A DNA stretch of 63,649 nucleotides, counting the filler, from Octopus bimaculoides (lineage: Eukaryota): the NCBI RefSeq assembly GCF_001194135.2. It is 6 parts of 6 records of this genome, joined end to end, with 100 filler letters (N's around TTAATTAATTAA, not from the genome) between each part and the next. Parts side by side here need not be neighbours in the genome. Positions count along the whole stretch, not along the records: positions 1 to 29,138 come from NC_068982.1; 5 more parts are not named here. The stretch is one strand, 5' to 3'. The notes under the pieces are model-generated. The model did no database searches. It was not told the origin of the DNA and was given only the letters and a program-made list of their open reading frames with translations. A program made the position numbers and the translations under genes. Shown here one piece after another: positions 12,241 to 25,155 of the stretch (its first letter is position 1; each line of letters starts with the position of its first letter).

Positions 12241-13418
12241 TCTATGTATGATTAAGTTTTCCCCAGCAATGGTAGAATATATAAAACATATAATGAGTAA
12301 ATGACAAACACTACTACAGTTGCTGACAAACGAAGGAACAATAAACTGAAACCCAGTATTATTCTAAGGAGACCAGAGCTCGACTTTGCTTTCAACCTTT
12401 TGGGGTTGATAAAATAGGTACCAGTCGAGCACTGGGATTTACGAAATCGACTTGCCAAAATTGCCAAAATTTGAAGCCATTATTTTAGGGAAACACCTCT
12501 CTCTCTTCACTCCTTTTTGTCCGGTATTGATACCTTTAACCAGCATGCCAAAACAAAATTAGATATGCATACAGCAAGGTAAAGCAATCAACCTTCTCTT
12601 GTAATATTGATGATCTCAATTTGTATGCTGCTAATGATAACAATTGGAAAAATGTTACAGACAGTACACGGATTTACCAAAAAAATCAATGCGTGATTCA
12701 GCGTAGAAAATGTTCCAAAGCGTCCTTGAAGTTTGGAAACCTAATGAAGAACAACACCATCATACGAGATAAAGAAACTGAAATTACAATGGTAGTGCAA
12801 ACTCTGATACACAATTATTTAGGAATCAATGAAATATATAGGGTACAGCGCGCATAAATGAACGAAAAGATAAGGAAACAATTTTATAGGCGAATCAGGT
12901 AAATACTTAGAAAATCTAAAAGCCAGGAATAAGGTAATAAGCGTCAGCAATCCAGGTACCCCAGTTATGTCGGTAACTGGACCCTAAATTAACTAAGATT
13001 AAGCAGAAACAAAACGTATAGTAGGGCGACTAAATATCGCAAAGTGTTTTGTCTAGCGCTCTAACAATGTCGCCAATTCGCCGCCTAAATGTACTAAATA
13101 ATAGGAATGAAATGCAAACTGAACGTTAGAAAATATGTTATTTTATGAAATATTGGTGAAGAGTGAGGATTGGTAGATATGAGATATTTAGGTAACAAAC
13201 TTAAACTCCTCTCTTTTTCAACAAATTGTTATCGCTAACTACAAACACTGTCTTTCAGTCTAATATTTAGAACCGCATTACGTTAGATAATACACGTGAC
13301 CTTACTAATTGAAGAAGGTGTCTCAAACTGGAACCATTGTCTGATTTCTCAAAAAATAGTGGACGCCGCTAAAAGCACCGCAGTTGCCAGGTGGAGATGT
13401 TGAGCAAGGCAACATATT

Positions 13419-13654
13419 TATTTCTTTATTGCCCACGGAGGGCTAAACATAGAGGGGACAAACAAGGACAGACAAAGGGATTAAATCGATTACATCGACT
13501 CCAGTGCGTAACTGGTACTTATTGAATCGACCCCTAGAAGATGAAAGGTAATGTCGACCTCGGCGGAGTTTGAAATCGGAACGTAATGGCAGACGAAATA
13601 CTGCTAAGCATTTCGCCTAGCGTGCTAACGATTCTGCCACCTCACCGCCCTAGG
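13419..13654 (-). mobile_element. SINE family B (tail variant ii) with a perfect 13-bp TSD
   Basis: AAGGCAACATATT at 13406-13418 and 13655-13667 flanks a complete copy. Confidence 0.9.
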
Positions 13655-13956
13655 AAGGCAACATATTAATTGTACGACATTAGTAGGCCACGACGGAATT
13701 TGAACTCAAAACTGAAGAAGAGGGGAATATGATATAACTATCTGGTTGGACGTTCTTACTGTTCTGCCAATGAAGGTAGAAAGCTGCATGAATATTCCAA
13801 GAGCCCTTTTTATGAACTGAAATTAATAACTTCATAGTTTTCCTGACTTACTTCGAGGCTGGTGTAGAACATGACAGATGTGCTTCTAACTGTAGTAAAA
13901 GAAAATAGAAAACATTAACGTCTGACTCAACAACTAGATCCATAGGAGTGAAAATG

Positions 13957-14240
13957 CGTCTCCTAGTGGTAAGTTTTCTAGGCTCACGATCATAAAGTCG
14001 TGGGTTCAAATTCTGTAAAAGACTGATGCATTATGTTCTTTAGAAATGCTCATCATTTCACGCTGCTCCAGTCTACTCAACCTTATTGAGAACCAGCTAG
14101 CTGTGGGTTCAGCTTTCTTCACATCAAACTGTCACTTCCTGGATGTTCCACTGGATCAAGTGTGAGAAAACTAAACGAGTACCTATGCTGGCTTACGAGT
14201 ACATAGGCTCTTAAAGCAGTTCACTAAGGCTGGTACTTGT
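13957..14240 (+). mobile_element. Old tRNA-derived SINE with a Meta-like central domain
   Basis: TCCTAGTGGT (A-box-like) and GGTTCAAATTC (B box), then CATTTCACGCTGCTCCAGTCTACTCA, resembling the element at 35761-35980. Confidence 0.45.
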
Positions 14241-15539
14241 TTCCTATTGCTAACACACACTCGCTCGCGTGTGACATTTGAATGTAAATATGTACATATA
14301 GAATAAAAGTATGTAAATGTGTACATGCAGTATAAATATAATCGTCAGTCAAAGAATTAAACAATGCAAATTTCATATTTACAATATTGCTGTAGTTTTA
14401 TTTTTTATTGTTTGCCTCGCCTGTTTTACGTTTTTTTTTTATTATTTCTTTTTTTTTTTGACATTTCACTTAACAAGTGATTAATGCCAATATTTGCAAA
14501 GTGCTTAACTCTGTGTCATTGTATTTACACTATTCTAAAAAGTTAAAATTTGAAGTAAAAATAAGCAAATAAATATGCTTTTGGGAAATATTTATTTAAG
14601 TTTCATTTTCAAGAATCTAACACATCTGAATGTTTTATTTCGTTTATATTTTATCTGTTATTTTATAAATGATGGCAGATTTAGCGGGGGAAACGTTGCG
14701 ATATTTCCATAATATATTTCTGAAAGGGGTTAATAATATGATTAAAGTTTAACTGTCGCACNNNNNNNNNNNNNNNNNNNNNNNNNNNNNNNNNNNNNNN
14801 NNNNNNNNNNNNNNNNNNNNNNNNNNNNNNNNNNNNNNNNNNNNNNNNNNNNNNNNNNNNNNNNNNNNNNNNNNNNNNNNNNNNNNNNNNNNNNNNNNNN
14901 NNNNNNNNNNNNNNNNNNNNNNNNNNNNNNNNNNNNNNNNNNNNNNNNNNNNNNNNNNNNNNNNNNNNNNNNNNNNNNNNNNNNNNNNNNNNNNNNNNNN
15001 NNNNNNNNNNNNNNNNNNNNNNNNNNNNNNNNNNNNNNNNNNNNNNNNNNNNNNNNNNNNNNNNNNNNNNNNNNNNNNNNNNNNNNNNNNNNNNNNNNNN
15101 NNNNNNNNNNNNNNNNNNNNNNNNNNNNNNNNNNNNNNNNNNNNNNNNNNNNNNNNNNNNNNNNNNNNNNNNNNNNNNNNNNNNNNNNNNNNNNNNNNNN
15201 NNNNNNNNNNNNNNNNNNNNNNNNNNNNNNNNNNNNNNNNNNNNNNNNNNNNNNNNNNNNNNNNNNNNNNNNNNNNNNNNNNNNNNNNNNNNNNNNNNNN
15301 NNNNNNNNNNNNNNNNNNNNNNNNNNNNNNNNNNNNNNNNNNNNNNNNNNNNNNCAAGGTACCACGCAGCGGGACTGAATCCGGAACCGTGTGGCTGGTA
15401 AACAAGCTACTTTATTTCTTCAGGGGACGAACAAAGACAGACAAACATAAAAATGTGAAGTAGCTGCTAATCGATTAAAAATGATAAATTAATACAATTA
15501 AAAAGTCTAAATTACAATTTTACAGACAGGATCTTCATT

Positions 15540-16570
15540 GCGACTTGCAATGGATTCCTTGAAGGAAAGGAATCCGACCATCAGAGTAGAACCCTTGCTT
15601 TCTTTCGAACTCCGATTACCTAGTGCCAATCGCTCCCAGCTTTCTTGTCGCAAGCTTCCGTGTTCACGATGATCCAGCGGCAAAGTGCTTGTAAAGCGCC
15701 TCACACATCTCGTCCCGTCCATCGACCGAACACCCATTGTCATCAACAAAGGACCTTATTCTGGCAACATTTTCACGCTGGGTTTCTACCGTACGGGCCC
15801 ATCCACCAACATTAATTCCCTCACGGCACAATGCGCACAGTTTAGCTCGAACTCTGCACCCTTCATGTTTGGTTTTGAGGTGACGGTCCAAGGCCGTATT
15901 CGCTGCCTTAATGTGAGATGCAGAGCCCAATCTCAACGCCTCCTCTAGGTCCTTAATTAATTGCCCTTCTAATTTGGCCTTATCTAGTCTTAGCTGACGG
16001 CTAAACCTAATAGACTCGAAATGAATGGCTCCCTTGAGGGCGAACCACCATCGGTTGTTAAACACATCGGCGGTTAACGCCCTCTGTACTAATTCCTTAA
16101 TCCGGCTACGGTATGCCTCACAAGTCAAAATAGACTTGCTTAGTTTCCAGTAGCGGGATTCTCTCTTAACTGTACTATCTATGTCCTGTCTACACTTAAC
16201 CATTCTATGGTAAGCTACTTGGACAATCTTTGGACAGCTAAAACTAGCCTTATCTCTAGTTTTATCACTATCCTTTCTAAGTAAGACTTGAACCTTCCGT
16301 CGACACTAATCCAGGTCCACTCTGGGACGTTCGGATGGTCAAGTCTGTAACGATCTGATAGCTGAAAGCGCTTACGAAGATCTACGAGACGTGAGTTCAC
16401 GTTCCTACCGGTCGAACCGAAGCTATCAATGCGTGCGTCAACGATAGTATTATAGTCTCCTAACACCGCTAATGCCTTCGACGTCACGTTCCACTGTGTT
16501 CGAGCAGACTCCAACACACAAAACGCCTTTTCTCTTCCTGTGAATGTCATTTCTATACCTGAAATTATAA
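15540..16570 (-). pseudogene. Degenerate L1/Tx1-type LINE ORF2 fragment (APE endonuclease and linker toward RT)
   Basis: VLGDYNTIVD...FQLSDRYRLDHPNVPEWTW...KSYLER (APE motifs), then YWKLSKSIL...RWWFALKGAI. Frameshifted. Confidence 0.85.
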
Positions 16571-16681
16571 ACATATCAAGCATTAAACATAAACTGTTGA
16601 CCTGTTTCTACATCTGCTGTTAAACTTTGTAGTCATTTGAACACGAATTGTTAAAGTTATTAGATTGCGAAATGATATCAC

Positions 16682-16701
16682 ATTTTTTGAAACACCCTGT
16701 A
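16682..16701 (-). mobile_element. Solitary Tc1/mariner-type terminal inverted repeat
   Basis: Reverse complement reads TA-CAGGGTGTTTCAAAAAA. No partner TIR found. Confidence 0.5.
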
Positions 16702-17686
16702 TGTATGTATGTATGTATGTATGTATGTATATAATATGTGTATCTATCTCTCTATATATCTATCTCTCTATATACGTGTGCGTGTATGTGTGTCTACATT
16801 ATATTCATATAAGGGTGTTGGTTTGGCAAAACAGAGTTTCGGAAATTGCCTCAGTACCTTTTGTACCGGCTCTTTAATGCAGCGTTCAATTCCCAAAAGC
16901 ATCGACTTTGCCTTTCATCTCTTAGGGCAGATAGACTAAATATCAGTTCAGTGCTGGGGATCATGTAATCTACTAACCTCCTCCATCAATAAATTCCTCG
17001 CCTTATCCCTTAATTAGAACATATATACACGTGTGCATGTTTATGAATATATTCATGTCTAAACCATTTCCAATTCATTCATATTCTATGCATTTATTAC
17101 TTCCCTCAGGAATGAATCAAATAATAATTACATATCCTCAGCCATCTTTATCTTTATTACTAGCTTTATTGTATAAAATTATTTTAATAACCATTCACAT
17201 TGAAGCTTCTGGCATATGTCCGTTCAGAAGCTGCTTCCACAAACTTATATGTATAATCTGTTATTTGTATAATATACATATAATTTATTTATTGTTTGAA
17301 AGTGTGATACTACAAAAATAAAACTAGATATTAAATTTTGTTGCTTTATCATAAAACTTATCCTTTTTTTAATATTCTTACCAGATGTTTCGTGCGTAAA
17401 TATCACGTTAGCAATGTTTTCCGTTGATATTTGAATAGTTTATTTATGTGTTGATATCTCATATGTCGCTTCAATTAATATCACACTTCACCACCATCTG
17501 AGAGTATTTTGATGGCATTAACTATTGTAATAATTCCTTATTGTAGTGTATTTAGTGAGCAGCTCCAAAGATATGATGTTTATATCCATAAACACAATAA
17601 AATAACTGTATTTCTGTTATGATGCACGCACATAAACACACAGATATAGATATGTATTATGTAAACATATCTACATATATGTTCAT

Positions 17687-17722
<36 letters not shown>

Positions 17723-17924
17723 GTGACATGTGTGTGTGTGTGTGTGTGTGTATGTGTGTGTGTATGCGCGTGGGTGTGTTTGTGTGTTTGTGCGTGTGCA
17801 TACATGAGGGATGTATGTATAAAATTATGAGTGAAAGTAGTAACATGATATAATGAAAATTTAGGATAACGTAACTAGAAGTGATCTTGAATAATATAGT
17901 ACAAGGAGCTGGTTTCAATCATAA

Positions 17925-18420
17925 TGATAATGCTTTCAAATTTTGGCAAAAGCCCAACAACGTATGGGGTGGGGTTAGGTCGTTTACATCTTCCCCAGGC
18001 CTCAGCTGGTACTTACTTGATCGACCCAGAAATGATGAAAAGTAGTCAACCTCGGCGCAATCAATACTAATAATAATGATATATACATATAGACTTCATG
18101 CGTGTGTGAATGTATGCATTTATACGTATATGTATATATGTTCATGTTTGTGTGTGTGTGTGTGCAAGCGAAAACAACGAGAAACTTACATAACCTTATA
18201 TATTCTTTTCTACTCTAGGCACAAGGCTCGAAATTTTGCGGGAGAGGGCCAGTCGATTAGATCGATCCCCAGTAGGGAACTGGTACTTAATTTATTGACC
18301 CTGAAAAGATGAAAGGCAAAGTCGACCTCGGCGGAATTTGGACTCAGAACGTAAAGACTCACAAAATACTCCTAAGCATTTCGCCCGGCGTGCTAACGTT
18401 TCTGCCAGCTCACCGCCTTT
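17925..18420 (-). mobile_element. Two SINE family B copies (partial at about 17925-18062; near-complete at about 18205-18420)
   Basis: Nin core in both. Confidence 0.8.
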
Positions 18421-20519
18421 CATAACTTTGTATATTATCATTTGGCATCGCACATGACAGTAGTATATATANNNNNNNNNNNNNNNNNNNNNNNNNNNNN
18501 NNNNNNNNNNNNNNNNNNNNNNNNNNNNNNNNNNNNNNNNNNNNNNNNNNNNNNNNNNNNNNNNNNNNNNNNTATATATATATATATATATTCAGCAGTA
18601 AGGTCTTTAGTTTTAATTGTCCTACTATCATTTCCAATCAAGCAAAACCTTTTAAGGTAGTAGTTTGTCTCACATGCGTAACATTTTCTGCTGAGGTGAA
18701 AGAGAAACAAGGAGAAAGAAAGATATATAAATGAAGAGAAAACACGAAAGGACGTGAAATGAAATGAGATAGAAATGAAAAACACAGAAGACAATATATA
18801 GATGTAATGTTGTTGAAGGTAAAGAAAAGGATATAAGTGCAGAGAGAGATAGAGAAAGAAAGAGAGAGAGAGAGACTGAGGTGAGTAATTGTGTTCTTTT
18901 TTATGCATATACATTTGTATCCCATATTACAGCATTTAGCGAGTATTGAATCTCTTCATGTAGCTGACTGACATCTCAGGTGTTAGGAATCAAATCTTAT
19001 TTTTCTCAGTAATCTTTTAAGCAAAATTTGCTATTTTCGAAACCATATTGGTGAAAAGTTGTTTATATTTTATACTATTTTCGTCCCAGTAAAGTTTTAA
19101 CCGCATGGGTGACTTAATGTTATTTATGAAAGTATTTTGTACGGTTGCAGTGGATCACCATTTTGCTACCTATTCCTACATCAATCACAACAGTGACCGT
19201 AAGTATAAGTCATAACTTCCATTTAGTTCCGAAATCTGTACATTACTATATAGTGTACTTTACATACAATACACAGCCCTTGCCAAATATCTCTGGAAAA
19301 TAACATCATTCTCAAAATATCTTCTATCTCAGTGGCAGCTTGACCTGCTGGAAAATTGCGACCAAATTTCGTTCGAATTGCTACATCGACTAGGAACCAG
19401 AGAAAAGGGGACATTCATGGCAGAGTATAAGTACAGAAGCGAAAAATTATGCGACATGGAATTCAATTATAAGTGGCCTATACTCCGCGTTGGAGGGTTA
19501 AAGGCAAGAATGAGAATGAGAATTAGAAGCCTAGATTTGGTGTCCTTTTCAGCATTTGTTGTGATCCTAGTGTTACTCTGACCCATGTATTAGGGTGCAA
19601 TGCAGTGAACAGTTATATAGCGTCTAACTCTACATACCTCCTTGTTTGGTCTTCAGTCTTACAAAACTAGTCAAAAGCTTCATTGCGATTTTCCTAGGCG
19701 ATACAGTGCACCTTCTGCTGCATATTGACCCGTTTTTCTCAGACTTCTCATTCAAGGTCAAAAGGATAACTCCTACAGTGGTTGTTAAACCAGCGTGATA
19801 TCAATTTTGTGCCCAATTTTTCTGGATAAAAAAATCGAGCAACGAAACAGAATTTTTTCTTTTGTCGCACTTTTTTCTATCTCTCTTTGGAACCACCTTT
19901 TAACGGAAATAAATATTGTTGTTAGTGAGTGAGCTGTTGCTGCTCGTGCTATAATTTTTCATTGAATTTAGTATTTCCAATCTCTGTTCCTTCTTTTGCA
20001 TTCTATTGTACAAAATACATGTGAAAACGTTTAGATTTGTATCTCTCTATACAGATTTTTCATATTTGCAACGTCTTTTTCTTATATTTCTGATATTTAC
20101 TTTGAAAATACATTCTAAGCATCTTTGTTGACGTTACTGTTATCATGCCTCTGGCAATCGCTGCTTTCTGCTGCTTCTGATGTGGTTACCTAGCAAAGCA
20201 TGTAAATACGGCAAGTTCTTATTTACTAAAAGTCACGTAAACAGTTTACTTTATTGGTTATTGGAACGCATGTATTAAAGGATGACAACTTAGGGTTTTG
20301 ATGAATTTGCATTAAATATTCCTTGACCGAAGACTCCCTGGTATGGAAAATCAAAAGAATCAATTTTCCAACGAAAGCAATACGTAAACAAATTATGACA
20401 CATCACAAACATTCAAGAGTTCTACTATGAAAACATATGAAATAGGTAGAGGCAAAATAAACAAGTAGCTGTCTCGTGTATTTCGCAATATACTAAATAT
20501 CTTATACAAAATACGGGAG

Positions 20520-20562
<43 letters not shown>

Positions 20563-21129
20563 TATAAATACAAACAGTTATATACAAGATAGTGGCTTTG
20601 ATCAAGTGTCCCTTGCTGTATCAGTGAAATTTTGTATATTTACAAATTTGTATACATACATGCATACATATTTATACATATAGCGATAGAGAAAAGAAGA
20701 TAGTCAGCGAGACTAATAGATAGATGGATAGATAGATATCAAGACAAAGGTATAGGTAGATGGATAAAGGACGGAATAGCATGAGTATCATTCTGAAGAG
20801 AAGAGAAGAGACAAAAAACACATAATACGCAGAGGCAGACATAAGAAAACAGGAAAATAAAATAGCACAGAAAAATAAAGCGATAAAACAAAAATCAAAT
20901 GAGTGTACAATGAAGCTAAATACATCAAAGCAGAAAAATACCTGACGTTTCGAGTGAAATCTTTCATCAAAGAGAGGAAGAAGAATTAATAGTGCCAGAG
21001 AAATAGAAACTATGTACGAAATAACAAGTACATGTAACGTCCATATTTCCTAGAATTGTTCTTCACATTCTGCTTTACTCGTTTTACGTAAACGCTAATG
21101 CTTATCCTTTTTATTTTCAATATTATCGT

Positions 21130-21310
21130 TAAGGTGACGAACTGGCGGAATACTTAATGGTAAAATAGTTAAAATGCTTAACAGCATTTGTTCCGGCTCT
21201 TTATGATGTGAGTAGAAATCTCCCTCAGATTAACTTTGCTTTTCTTCCTCTCGGAGTGGAGACAATAAAGTACCAATCAGTTACTGGAATCAATATAACT
21301 GACTACTCTT
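21130..21310 (+). mobile_element. Diverged SINE family B
   Basis: AAGGTGACGAACTGGCGGAA head, TAACTTTGCTTTTCTTCCTCTCGGAG core. Confidence 0.7.
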
Positions 21311-21365
21311 ACTCCCTACAAGTACTGGCCTTTATATTCCTCTTGATTATTATTATTATTATTAT

Positions 21366-21416
<51 letters not shown>

Positions 21417-21417
21417 T

Positions 21418-21473
<56 letters not shown>

Positions 21474-21520
21474 CAGCAGCAGCAGCAGCAACAGCAGTAG
21501 TAGTAGTAGTAGTAGTAGCA
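21366..21520. repeat. (AGT)n/(AGC)n trinucleotide tract preceded by (TTA)n
   Basis: Directly visible. Confidence 0.95.
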
Positions 21521-21521
21521 G

Positions 21522-21990
21522 TATTTTAACTCAGGTTTTGTTGGAATTTCTAGAACCTTGCATATAATAGCGGGTTTGTTACCTACAAACTACGATACCA
21601 TGTTTTTGTTCGCTTCAACTACCTAATACATCTCTGATGGTTCTGGCGTTGCCAAGGGAGCAAAGTTTTGCAACAGCTTTACCAGACACTCTATTCCCAT
21701 TTACTTTATATTCCTATCATTATCTGTTGGTACCGTACCCAAGGGCTCAACAATAATTGGCACTATCTTCACGTTCTTCGTCTTCCACTGTCGTGCTATG
21801 ACACATTTAAGAAGATTGTACAGGTCAGCTTGCTCGCCTTCCTTCTTAACTCTCTGTGGTTCAAATGGGGACGCAACATCAATTAGAGAGCATATGTGGT
21901 TTCCTTTGCCCACCGCTACTAGGTCCGATTTCTTGCCAATAGAGAAAGAATCCATTTCTAACCTAGATCCAAGTCGCCTTCATTGGAATT
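21522..21990 (-). mobile_element. 3' end of a second, divergent R4/Dong-type RLE family
   Basis: Reads KKSDLVAV...CSLIDVASPF...YNLLK...WKTKNVKIVPIIVEPLGTVP...LGNARTIRDVLGS* (stop 21615-21617). The 3' UTR runs into (CTA)n/(TAA)n on the minus strand. Confidence 0.8.
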
Positions 21991-22081
21991 TCAACATCAA
22001 CAACAGGGCATTTTTGTTTGTTTTTATGTATGTATGTATGTATGTGCAGATTTGTATGTTTTATGCATGTATTATCATGCT

Positions 22082-23507
22082 TCCATGTCCAATTAAATCA
22101 ATTTGAGAAATTAAATTAGATTAAATTGAATTAAATTAGATTAAATTGAATTAAATTCTTATATTAAATATCGATACTTGGGTATTTCATCAAGGGAAGA
22201 ATTTGATAGGCAGTAGCTACATTCCGATGTGTTCCTTGACCCATTATAGACTCAGATATGTATTTAGAAAACCGTTACTTATGTACATGTAAACTAAATG
22301 ATACCCGCCACCAAATAGTCACGTTGCTACCTTTGAGGATAAACTGTGGAAAATTATTAAAGATGTTAAATTTAAGAAATATATCCACGGAGGAAATCAG
22401 CATTTGAAGAAGCTTAAATATATCGTATCAGAACTTAAAAGTAAAAATGGGATAATCGTAATACCATGAAATACCAAAAAAATAAATTACAAAATTTACA
22501 AAATATCTTTAAAAAACTATATTAAGAACTACCAACTTAGTATCCAAAACAGATAATGTAGAATTACATATTGGATGGCAGAACTGCACCTTTTGTTGCT
22601 AAAAGACTTAGGTTCATCTTAAAGACCCATAAGGACAACTTATTATGGAAACCGTAAAGTAAGATTGATTTGCCCAGGAAAATCGGACTTAGGTAAATTA
22701 AGTAAGGCTATTTTAGATAAGTACATACCCGTCTCTAAGGAAAACATAAAGTTACAACTTTGTTCTAATACTCACGAAATAATGCAAAAGTAGAAATAAG
22801 TTTATACAAATAGGTATTCATAATCATTACTCTTCGATTAACCAATTAGTTTTAAAGAAGCCTCTTTTGTTTGTGAAAGACAACTCGAATCTAAATATGT
22901 AAGAAATTAACGTTATTTTGAAAGGCAGAAGAACAGCTATAGAGTTTGAAAACTAGTATTGGATAAAGAAAGATAGCTGTGAAGGCTTTGATATTGCGAC
23001 GGGCACCACAGATTCTTCCCAAGTTGCTGATGTAGAAGGTAATTATATTTTATTTATCTTAGGAAGAGATTTCCCTGAATTTGCTGGAAGTTTATATAGA
23101 GACGATGCTCTTTTTACTATTAGAAACGTATCCAGTAGAAAATTAGAACTGAAAAAGAAGCAATTTTATAGGTCTATCATAAGTAATAGTGTAAATTAGG
23201 GAAGGCGTGTTTTAGCTTCCAGTTTAAAGAAATCGTATCGTTTAAGCTAACCAACGGATATTTTGTTTTTGTTTTTCAACATATTACACACGCACCCACA
23301 CAAATGGATTAAATAATTGTACATCTATATATACATAAGTAACGGTTTTTTAAATACACAGGTTCCTGAAATGCACGTATCTGAGTCTATCAAGGGTCAA
23401 ACAACACATGTATCAAACTCTTCCCTTAATGAAACACCCAATTAACGATATTCGATTTGGAAATTTAATTTAATTTAATAGCTCAAATTGATTTAACTGG
23501 ACATGGA
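22082..23507 (+). mobile_element. Penelope-like RT fragment (about 22291-23175) bracketed by ~190-210 bp inverted repeats (22082-22290 and 23321-23507)
   Basis: Reads YPPPNSHVATFEDKLWKIIKDVKF...ILKTHKDN...VRLICPGKSDLGKLSKAILDK...FDIATGTTDSSQVADVEG...SLYRDDAL (YRDD at 23095-23106). The arms align at roughly 85% by hand over about 165 nt. Confidence 0.85.
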
Positions 23508-24214
23508 GACGATTGTTGATGAAATTGTGTTTGATATTATCCAGAATTGTATTATCTTCTAATAAATTGAAGTCTATATGTGACGTTCTCGGTTTTTTTT
23601 CTCATACGTAAAAATAATATATATTTATATATGTGTGTGTATCTATGTGTGACTATATGTATTTACATTTACATGTATATACAAATAAATATGTTTGTAT
23701 ATATTTATACATATATATACATACATACATATATACAGAGGAAGAGGATAATATATTCGAGAAAGGTAAATATATCACCTTTTGTCTTGTATACTTCGTA
23801 CACGACGTGCTCGTGACAAGCTGAATAACTTGTGACATCAGAGACACTCAATACAGGAACGTTTCTAATATTAATAACGCAGATATTCTTGTTCTCATTG
23901 AATTTCAAATTCTAAATATTTTATTAAAAATCTTTGTGTTTATTATCTTTTTGAAGGGTAAGAGTTAACATCACAATGATATTACGGAAGATATTATTGC
24001 CACGGATATAGATGTGTGGATAACAAACACGATAACACTGAATAGTATCTGGTCAACAAGTGTATATGTGTATATAAATATTTTTTTTTTTCGAATTCGT
24101 GTGAAAATGTATAGAATAATATATCAGTTGAATGAAGTTAAAACATAGATGGCTTTTCACGCTTTTTCTTATAATATTTTAACATTAAAACAATATTTTG
24201 TAATGTTCATAAAG

Positions 24215-24260
24215 TTCAGATAGCGCTTTCATACGTTTGGTCCTAATCATCAGCTTTGAA
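24215..24260 (-). ncRNA. Hammerhead-like relic about 70 nt downstream of the PLE ORF end
   Basis: Reverse complement TTCAAAG-CTGATGA-(16 nt)-GAA-AGCGCT-A-TCTGAA: intact core and palindromic stem III, imperfect stems I and II. Confidence 0.5.
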
Positions 24261-25090
24261 ATATTGATATTCTGTAATTTGTTTATATTCATATGTTAAG
24301 GTTATTTTTCAGTCCACATCATTAACTAGTTGTTATATTATTGTTGTTATTTCCGTTCAGAAGAGGTTTGAATATTTTGATAACCCGTTTTTCTTTTATC
24401 TTTCTTCCAACGTCACTTGAGTCATGTAGTTTGTAGAAAGGAAAAATTAGAAACATTTTCTGACCACATGTTTGCTCAATGGAATTTGGCGAATGTTGGG
24501 GTCCCGGATTTGTTGTTTGTGGACTTGTGAGCGTTCCCATAACGCATTCCCTATATACATCCACGCAATTCGGGCATTTAAGGCAGTAGACTAAATTTCT
24601 GCTTTTGCTGTTCATATCTACATTTGCGAAAATCTGTCCGTTTGGTGTTCAAATGTACGCATGCATGTATATATGCATTGACACGTTCCACATCTGTTAT
24701 CATTACACTTGGATACTGTGAATATTTTATCATGTTTGTTCATGTTGAATTTTGCCTTTGTTAATAGTTTCTTTAGGTTATGCAGGTGCCTTTTGCTTAA
24801 GATAAGTGTTTGATTAGTTATTATGTTTCTTAATTTTTCACTTTGTTTTATGATTGGTAAATTTGTTTTGATGATGTTAAAAATATTTTCGTAGTGCCGA
24901 TTGTGTGGTACTTGAAATGATATTGTGTTCCGTTGATGGGTTCATCTTTTTCGTGTTGCCCTAAGTTTTTTCTGTAAGCATCTCGTTTTCTCATTGTATG
25001 CTGTTTTGTGAGAGACCTGGGTATCGACATGAGTCGTGATACTTCTTTCCAAATGCACGCTGCCCAGATTACTGCTCCCAGCTATGGTCA
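24215..25090 (-). mobile_element. 3' part of a Penelope-like element (RT C-terminus, GIY-YIG endonuclease, 3' terminal region)
   Basis: Reads SKSRNLVYCLKCPNCVDVY...IFPFYKLHDSSDVGRKIKEKRVIKIFKPLLN, a PLE GIY-YIG pattern. Frameshifted. Confidence 0.85.
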
Positions 25091-25096
25091 ACAAAC

Positions 25097-25155
<59 letters not shown>

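Larger units (their letters stand above)
10995..12990 (+). pseudogene. Degenerate R4/Dong-type reverse transcriptase interrupted by two SINE insertions
   Basis: Pieces read EWLTEGKAILIPKSTET (about 11145), KSFD...LKILG|MIKFSPAMVEYIKHIMSK*QTLLQLLTNEG (joined across 11411-12240), and G|IF*GN...LIPL...INLLL/NIDDLNLYAAND (YMDD equivalent at 12603-12614). These are followed by NYLGINE...EKIRKQFYRRIR...RNKV. Confidence 0.8.
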
